64,000 nt of DNA from Botryllus schlosseri (Eukaryota): contig CM119372.1 in NCBI GenBank assembly GCA_051294905.1, forward strand, positions 19,222,001 through 19,286,000, written 5' to 3'. Below, piece by piece: positions 63,044 to 64,000 of this stretch; position 1 is the stretch's first letter, and every line of letters starts with the position of its first letter. Made by a program: the position numbers and the translations under genes. The notes beneath the pieces are model-generated. The model ran no database searches. It worked only from the letters and a program-made list of their open reading frames with translations, and had not been told where the DNA came from.

Positions 63044-63369
63044 TACAGAACTTCAATATAAAATTTTATGATATATTCGCATTGAAATAAACTCGAGTAT
63101 ATTCGGCTGACACTCGTCAGGGTAATGATCAGCAACTAGTAGAGAATTGAAAAGAACTTTCAACTATCAACAGTTGTATCACCAAATATGATGTCACTTT
63201 TTGACACCGCTGTGAGTTGACCACGGCTTCAAAGAAATGTCATTTCCATTGACGTGTGTGGCTTTGTCTTACACATTTCGGATGGTGTGCTGCGACCGAG
63301 CGAGGTTTCGAGGCCACAAGTATGGAAAAATAGTGTCGAAACTAAAATTCTTGTTGATAATATAACTCT
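63044..63369 (-). mobile_element. Longest copy (~330 bp) of the hammerhead-bearing non-coding repeat (retrozyme / Penelope pLTR-like)
   Basis: Similar to 13105-13270, 19553-19681 and 39320-39455 (ribozyme part) and to 12706-12802 (aaatgtcatttcca...ttgataatataact part). No TIRs and no recognisable ORF. Confidence 0.6.
63091..63135 (-). ncRNA. Degenerate hammerhead motif, copy D (collagen intron)
   Basis: Minus strand: ACC CUGACGA G UGUCAGC C GAA UAUACU C GAGU; A15.1 and stem I are altered. Confidence 0.55.
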
Positions 63370-64000
63370 TGGAGCAGTGATTCTCAACCGGTGTTCTATG
63401 GAACACTAGGGGTTCCCCGAGTCAGTGTCAAAGGTTCTGTGGAGATCAAGACACACTCAACTCATAGATATGATCTATGATGCAATAGCTCCGAGTCACA
63501 AATCAATCTAACTTTTATAGTTTCGACTTTTAGTCAAGTCGAGTCATTTTCAATTCACCACCGAGTCAAGTCCGAGTCCAAGAAAGCAAGCAGACGGTCG
63601 AGTCCGAGTCATGGTAATATGGCTTGAGTCCGAGTCCAAGTCATTGTTTTGACTGTTCAGTTTCCAATTAAAGTCTTGTTAAATCCCATTTTTGTAACTC
63701 TGTTTGGTGATATCATTCGTTTCGCATTTATAGTATAGCCTACTAAATTTCCTTACTTTTAGCAGTTTCTGGATGCATTTTCAAGTACCAGTACTAATAG
63801 ACGGCATACCAATAGTGTAGTTAATGTAGGCCTACTATTCTTCGAAAATACAATGAAATATCGGTTTCGGCCGTCTCAGCCACATGACTTGGTCGAGTCA
63901 ATACACAGATTGACTCGAGTCATTTCCGTATTTTGAGAAAATGACTCGATTCAAGTCGAGTTATCAAAAAGTCTCGAGTCGAGTCATGGCTCAAGTTATA

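Overview
AT-rich eukaryotic (animal) genomic DNA; the very short introns and gene content suggest a marine invertebrate such as an ascidian (inference only). Three host genes are present. (1) A 38-exon, ~2316-aa four-repeat cyclic-nucleotide-gated K+ channel (CNGK/tetraKCNG type) on the minus strand at 8489-41271, reconstructed by hand with consistent splice phases. (2) An intronless p90 ribosomal S6 kinase (RSK) at 53302-55542 (+). (3) The last two coding exons of a fibrillar collagen (COLFI domain) at 61561-62833 (-). Introns and intergenic DNA are packed with mobile elements: a truncated Penelope-like retroelement, many hAT-type MITEs with 8-bp TSDs (several nested), a pogo/Tigger-like MITE, a Mutator-like element carrying a telomere-motif minisatellite, tRNA-derived SINEs and CR1/L2-like 3' ends. 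The most notable unannotated signal is a dispersed short repeat (4 copies plus 1 fragment) carrying a minimal type I hammerhead ribozyme motif with a palindromic stem III and a predicted loop-II pseudoknot. All copies lie in introns, in the sense orientation of the host gene.
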